From: an uncultured Bacillota bacterium
GTDB lineage: Bacteria; Bacillota_I; Bacilli_A; RF39; UBA660
Direction: 5' to 3'
Length of the DNA: 64,000 nt
NCBI GenBank assembly: GCA_947650795.1
Contig: CANSWR010000001.1
Span: forward strand, 272 to 64,271
In this document: positions 60,730 to 64,000 of the stretch, piece after piece
How positions within the stretch are numbered: the first letter of the stretch is position 1
Layout: each line of letters begins with the position of its first letter
The notes under the pieces: model-generated
Databases searched by the model: none
What the model saw: the letters and a program-made list of their open reading frames with translations, nothing else
What the model was told of the DNA's origin: nothing
Program-made: the position numbers and the translations under genes

Positions 60730-60756
60730 ACTATACATAAGGAAACCTTTCACCTC
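60730..60756. promoter_or_regulatory. Right attachment site arm (attR-type): ACTATACATAAGG inverted repeat plus CACCTC core
   Basis: Reverse complement of the left arm at 19856-19868. CACCTC is shared with the left junction. Confidence 0.6.
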
Positions 60757-61117
60757 CTGCATTTATATGATTACTTATAACAATAACATCTTTTCCAGTT
60801 CCATATGCGTCTGTAATTCTTTTAGATCTAACTGTACTATCTAAAGTTTCATCCCCAGTTCTAGTCATTTTAACAGGAACTCCAAGTTCTCTCAACCTAT
60901 CATACATATATTTACTGATTAATAAAGTCAAATCTTTTTCTATAATTCCATTTCCACTTGCACCAGGATCACTTCCACCATGCCCAGCATCTATAACAAC
61001 TCCTGTTAAAGCTCTAAAATCATCATACATAGTATCATCACCTATGATAATGTATGATTTATAGAAAAATAAGTTACTAAAAAACAATACGCAAAATCTC
61101 CAAAAACGAAAATTCAT
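60751..61117 (-). pseudogene. 5' portion of the split N-acetylmuramoyl-L-alanine amidase gene (signal peptide + N-terminal half of Amidase_3)
   Basis: VVIDAGHGGSDPGASGNGIIEKDL...VISNHINAGG is the amidase_3 N-terminal consensus. It then runs 6 element-derived codons (ERFPYV) to a stop. Joining to 18703-19847 across the CACCTC core gives the in-frame ...SNHINAGGGDGAEVIYALRNN... Confidence 0.65.
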
Positions 61118-61135
61118 ACATATTGCAAAAAATCC

Positions 61136-62350
61136 TTAATACTTTATATTTTCCTGCTCCAACTTCACACCCTTTTTTAGCATGTAATCAAAAACTTCCT
61201 TATACTCACACAAATTTCCGATATTTCTTAATTTACTTATTCTCTCCTTTTCCTTGTCTGTCAAAGTCACAGTAAAATCACTATATTCCTCCAAAGTTAA
61301 AACATCCATATTCCTTCCCTTAAAAGGAATATCTGTATCTTCGATTAAATGATTTAAAATATAAAAACCACCTGCATCTATATCCCCTGAATGATAAAAA
61401 GAAATATTTTTATCAAATTCATACATCTTACACAACAATTTTTTTCTTATTCTATTATGAAATCCTCCCAAATAAATCACACATCTATCAGTTTCTGGAT
61501 AATCATAAAAAGAAGTTAAATTCTCTACAGTTATTACTTCTTTACAATCAAGTCCATTTACTTCAACCATCTCAATTTGATTTCCAGATAATAATAATTC
61601 ACTACCAAGTAACTTTAAATCTATAAATTGATTATTAATTTTAAACTTACCTACACCTTTTAAAATCACAAAAGAAGGATTCTTATAAATATTAAAATTC
61701 TCTAATATATTTTCTTCACTATCTAATTCAAAACCACCAAATAATTTTATAATACTAATTATTTTACTTTCCATTTTCTCTAATCTTTTAGAATCATTCA
61801 AATACATAGCACTAAACCTACGTAGACTTATATCTTCTTTCTGATTCACTATTTTATATAAAATAAATAAAAGTTCTTCTAGCTCACTAAAAGTTTTAAA
61901 ATATTTATCTGTTGACTTACTATTTGATATTCTTTCCTCAATAAATATTACAAAATTTTTTACAATATTACCTTTATCCTTATACCTTTTCAACAAATCC
62001 ATTATTTCTTTTTTTCTATCAGACAAAGTTCTTTTCCCTAAATAAAGATAAGCATTATCAACAGCACTTAAATTCAAATAAACTTTTCTTATTCTTTCAT
62101 CCAAATTATAGTCTACTGTTATTAACCCTAAATCTTTCAATTTATTAACTGAACTTTCTATATCTGCCTCATATAAATAACTAGAATCACTCACATAATC
62201 AGGCATATTTTTTTCATCAAAAACCATTCCAATTTTAATATTATTAGTAGAACAATCTTTAGATAATTTACTATTTTGGTATTTTTTTATCAATTTTTCA
62301 ATTATTTTTTCTTCATATGATTTAGACATCTTTAATTTCCTCATCTTCAT
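61136..62350 (-). CDS. JetD-like protein (Wadjet Toprim/DUF2220-type nuclease subunit)
   Basis: C-terminal Toprim-like pattern: acidic residue in VITVENLTSFYDY and DxD in YHSGDIDAGGFYIL. ~400 aa, immediately downstream of the SMC-like gene. Confidence 0.45.
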   Translation of the reverse strand: MKMRKLKMSKSYEEKIIEKLIKKYQNSKLSKDCSTNNIKIGMVFDEKNMPDYVSDSSYLYEADIESSVNKLKDLGLITVDYNLDERIRKVYLNLSAVDNAYLYLGKRTLSDRKKEIMDLLKRYKDKGNIVKNFVIFIEERISNSKSTDKYFKTFSELEELLFILYKIVNQKEDISLRRFSAMYLNDSKRLEKMESKIISIIKLFGGFELDSEENILENFNIYKNPSFVILKGVGKFKINNQFIDLKLLGSELLLSGNQIEMVEVNGLDCKEVITVENLTSFYDYPETDRCVIYLGGFHNRIRKKLLCKMYEFDKNISFYHSGDIDAGGFYILNHLIEDTDIPFKGRNMDVLTLEEYSDFTVTLTDKEKERISKLRNIGNLCEYKEVFDYMLKKGVKLEQENIKY

Positions 62351-64000
62351 ATCTTATATTTTTTACATATGCACTTTCCTCAGTATTAATTACTACCAAA
62401 GTAGTATCCACATATGGAGCAATAATATGTACTTTCTCAGACGGAACTGCAATCAAAAACTGAATATTTAAACTCTTATAAAAATCCATCATTGCCTCTA
62501 TTCTAAACTCATCCATATTATTGAATGCTTCATCAAACATAACAATACAACCAGTTGAACTTTTTCGCCTTGTATTTACCAACAACTGTTCAAATGCAGA
62601 ACTAATAATTACATAAAATGGGGTTTGAATTTCTCCTCCACTTTTTTCTTTTGAAACACTAGAAAAATAATAAACATAACCTTCATCATTAGTTATTTTT
62701 ATATCATAAGACATATAATTTCTATAATCAGTATACATATCCAAAAGTTTCTTCGTTTTATCCTCTGTATTATTAATAGTTAATTTATTAAATAATTCAT
62801 TTAAAATATTTTTATCTTCAATACTTAAATCCTCATCAAACAAAGTCTCTTTTTCATAATTAGCTCCACTTGTTATAATTCTATAATAATCTGCCATTTC
62901 AATATTTTTACATTTATCAAAAACAAATTCATAACTTTCTTTACCAAATTTTTTAGGTTTTAACACTTTATTTAACTCTTTTATTTCCCTCTGAGCAGAT
63001 TCTATTTGTTCTCTCAATTTACAAATAAAGTCTTCTTTAAAAGATAATTGACAAGATTCTTTAAACTCTGCACTTAGATCTTTCTTATCTACTATACCTC
63101 TTTCTCTTTTAAAATATAATTCTTTCATATATAATGAAACATTGTTAAATACAGGTATTTGATCAAAATGATAACTCTCATTATATGAATTTAATTGCAT
63201 TTCTATAGTAGCCTCTAACTTTTGTAACTCTTTACTAATTTCATTTTCTTCATCCAATAATTTTTTTTCATACTTTTGAAGATTAATAGTTTTAGATTTA
63301 TTTTGAAATTCTCTTTCCCAATCAGAATTAATATCAATTACCTTTAAAGAATTAAGTTTACCTTCTTTCTCGATTATTTGAAAGTCGTATATTTTATTAG
63401 AATTCTTTAACTCTGCAACTTCATCTATTAAATCTCTAACTTCATTTAATAAACTATTATTTTTTCTATTAAATTCCTCTATTCTCTCTGGAAAATTATT
63501 TAAAATTCCTTCAATTTTTAACGAACCTTTTTCATTTTCTGTAAGAACATATTTTTCCTTTAAATTCTTAAATTCTCTTAAACTATCTAACCCAAACCTT
63601 AATTCTTCTAACTTAGAATTACGTAGTAAATCTGATTTAATATCTAATTCATTATAGTCTTTTACTAATATAGTATATTCATTATTTATTTTATTATATT
63701 CCTCTTTAGTATTCTTTAACTGTCTTTCTAATGCAATTTGTCCTATATAATAATCACTATATACTTTCGGATTAATTTGCCTTGCTACATGATTACGATA
63801 AGTCATACAAGTCTTTGTAATGGAATTATTATAATTCTTCAAATCTTCTAATTCTTCACAACAAACTACTTTATTTAAAAGTGAAAGAGCATACCTTTTA
63901 GCATAAATATTATTTGATTTTACTTTACTAGCTAATGTATTTTCTTTAGGATCTATTTCAACTAGCTTGTTTGTATTAACCAAACCTACTCCATGAATAT
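62322..64000 (-). CDS. SMC-like ATPase, C-terminal part (JetC-like), N-terminus beyond the window end
   Basis: Long coiled coil. ABC signature EKSGGEIQTPFYVI. Walker B/D-loop CIVMFDEAFNNMDE. The ORF is still open at position 64000. Confidence 0.45.
   Translation of the reverse strand, partial: IHGVGLVNTNKLVEIDPKENTLASKVKSNNIYAKRYALSLLNKVVCCEELEDLKNYNNSITKTCMTYRNHVARQINPKVYSDYYIGQIALERQLKNTKEEYNKINNEYTILVKDYNELDIKSDLLRNSKLEELRFGLDSLREFKNLKEKYVLTENEKGSLKIEGILNNFPERIEEFNRKNNSLLNEVRDLIDEVAELKNSNKIYDFQIIEKEGKLNSLKVIDINSDWEREFQNKSKTINLQKYEKKLLDEENEISKELQKLEATIEMQLNSYNESYHFDQIPVFNNVSLYMKELYFKRERGIVDKKDLSAEFKESCQLSFKEDFICKLREQIESAQREIKELNKVLKPKKFGKESYEFVFDKCKNIEMADYYRIITSGANYEKETLFDEDLSIEDKNILNELFNKLTINNTEDKTKKLLDMYTDYRNYMSYDIKITNDEGYVYYFSSVSKEKSGGEIQTPFYVIISSAFEQLLVNTRRKSSTGCIVMFDEAFNNMDEFRIEAMMDFYKSLNIQFLIAVPSEKVHIIAPYVDTTLVVINTEESAYVKNIRYEDEEIKDV

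Larger units (their letters stand above)
19842..60756 (-). mobile_element. ~40.9 kb integrative conjugative element (ICE) with large-serine-recombinase integration; both ends within the window
   Basis: Left junction: CACCTC (19842-19847), then AGGAGTGCCCTTATGTATAGT. Right junction: ACTATACATAAGGAAACCTTT, then CACCTC (60751-60756). The two arms form a 13-bp perfect inverted repeat. Both flanks are halves of one amidase ORF. The interior holds a serine recombinase, T4SS, relaxase and cargo. Confidence 0.8.

Noticed and set aside
19842-60756. Tn916/Tn5397-family identification and tet(M)-type resistance cargo
   Set aside because: Gene content is only loosely Tn916-like. The T4CP is VirD4-type rather than FtsK-type. 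The integrase is a serine rather than a tyrosine recombinase. No ribosomal-protection, efflux or other resistance gene motif was found, so no resistance call is made.
1-64000. CRISPR arrays, rRNA genes, prophage structural genes
   Set aside because: No regularly spaced direct repeats with unique spacers, no rRNA-like conserved stretches, and no capsid/terminase/portal motifs were seen on either strand.

Overview
This is AT-rich DNA (about a quarter GC, estimated by eye) in a Clostridium-like Firmicute context. Translation uses the standard bacterial code, and almost all genes are on the minus strand.

The window has three parts.

(1) Positions 1-19.8 kb are chromosome. They encode a lipoprotein, a membrane thioredoxin-like protein, a YtxH protein, an HTH/DUF4097 (LiaG-like) pair, and a 1690-aa secreted M60-like zinc metallopeptidase with a type-I dockerin next to a cohesin-like membrane anchor. 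They also encode a DUF4352 lipoprotein, an operon of a radical-SAM DNA modification/repair protein, a DUF4130-like protein and a Cpn60/GroEL paralog, an HNH protein, a decayed MazG-like pseudogene, tRNA-Trp(CCA), a UDG-superfamily glycosylase and a SleB-like hydrolase.

(2) Positions 19842-60756 are a ~40.9 kb integrative conjugative element. It has a large serine recombinase at its left end. Both boundaries are visible: a 13-bp terminal inverted repeat (CCTTATGTATAGT) and a shared CACCTC core. The element is inserted precisely and in frame into an N-acetylmuramoyl-L-alanine amidase (amidase_3 + 5xLysM) gene, whose two halves lie at 18.7-19.8 kb and 60.75-61.1 kb. The element carries a transfer module: T4CP, MOBP-type relaxase with an RHH accessory protein, a candidate oriT inverted-repeat cluster, M23 hydrolase, VirB4, VirB6-like protein, SSB, RepA_N-like protein, sortase with a CnaB-repeat adhesin, and a ParB-like protein. 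It also carries a 12-kb cargo operon of nine translationally coupled genes. That operon combines a phosphorothioate-type DNA modification module (cysteine desulfurase, PAPS-reductase/DndC-SspD-like enzyme, DUF499-like ATPase, small partner) with an unusual effector set (PLD-nuclease/SF2-helicase fusion, DndD-like SMC ATPase, two small proteins). Next to it is an 800-aa protein built from RNAP-like DNA-binding modules. This operon is the best candidate for an undescribed defence system.

(3) Positions 60.76-64 kb are chromosome again: the amidase 5' half, a JetD-like Toprim protein and the C-terminal head of a JetC-like SMC (partial Wadjet) running off the window.

No CRISPR array, rRNA or recognisable antibiotic-resistance gene was seen.
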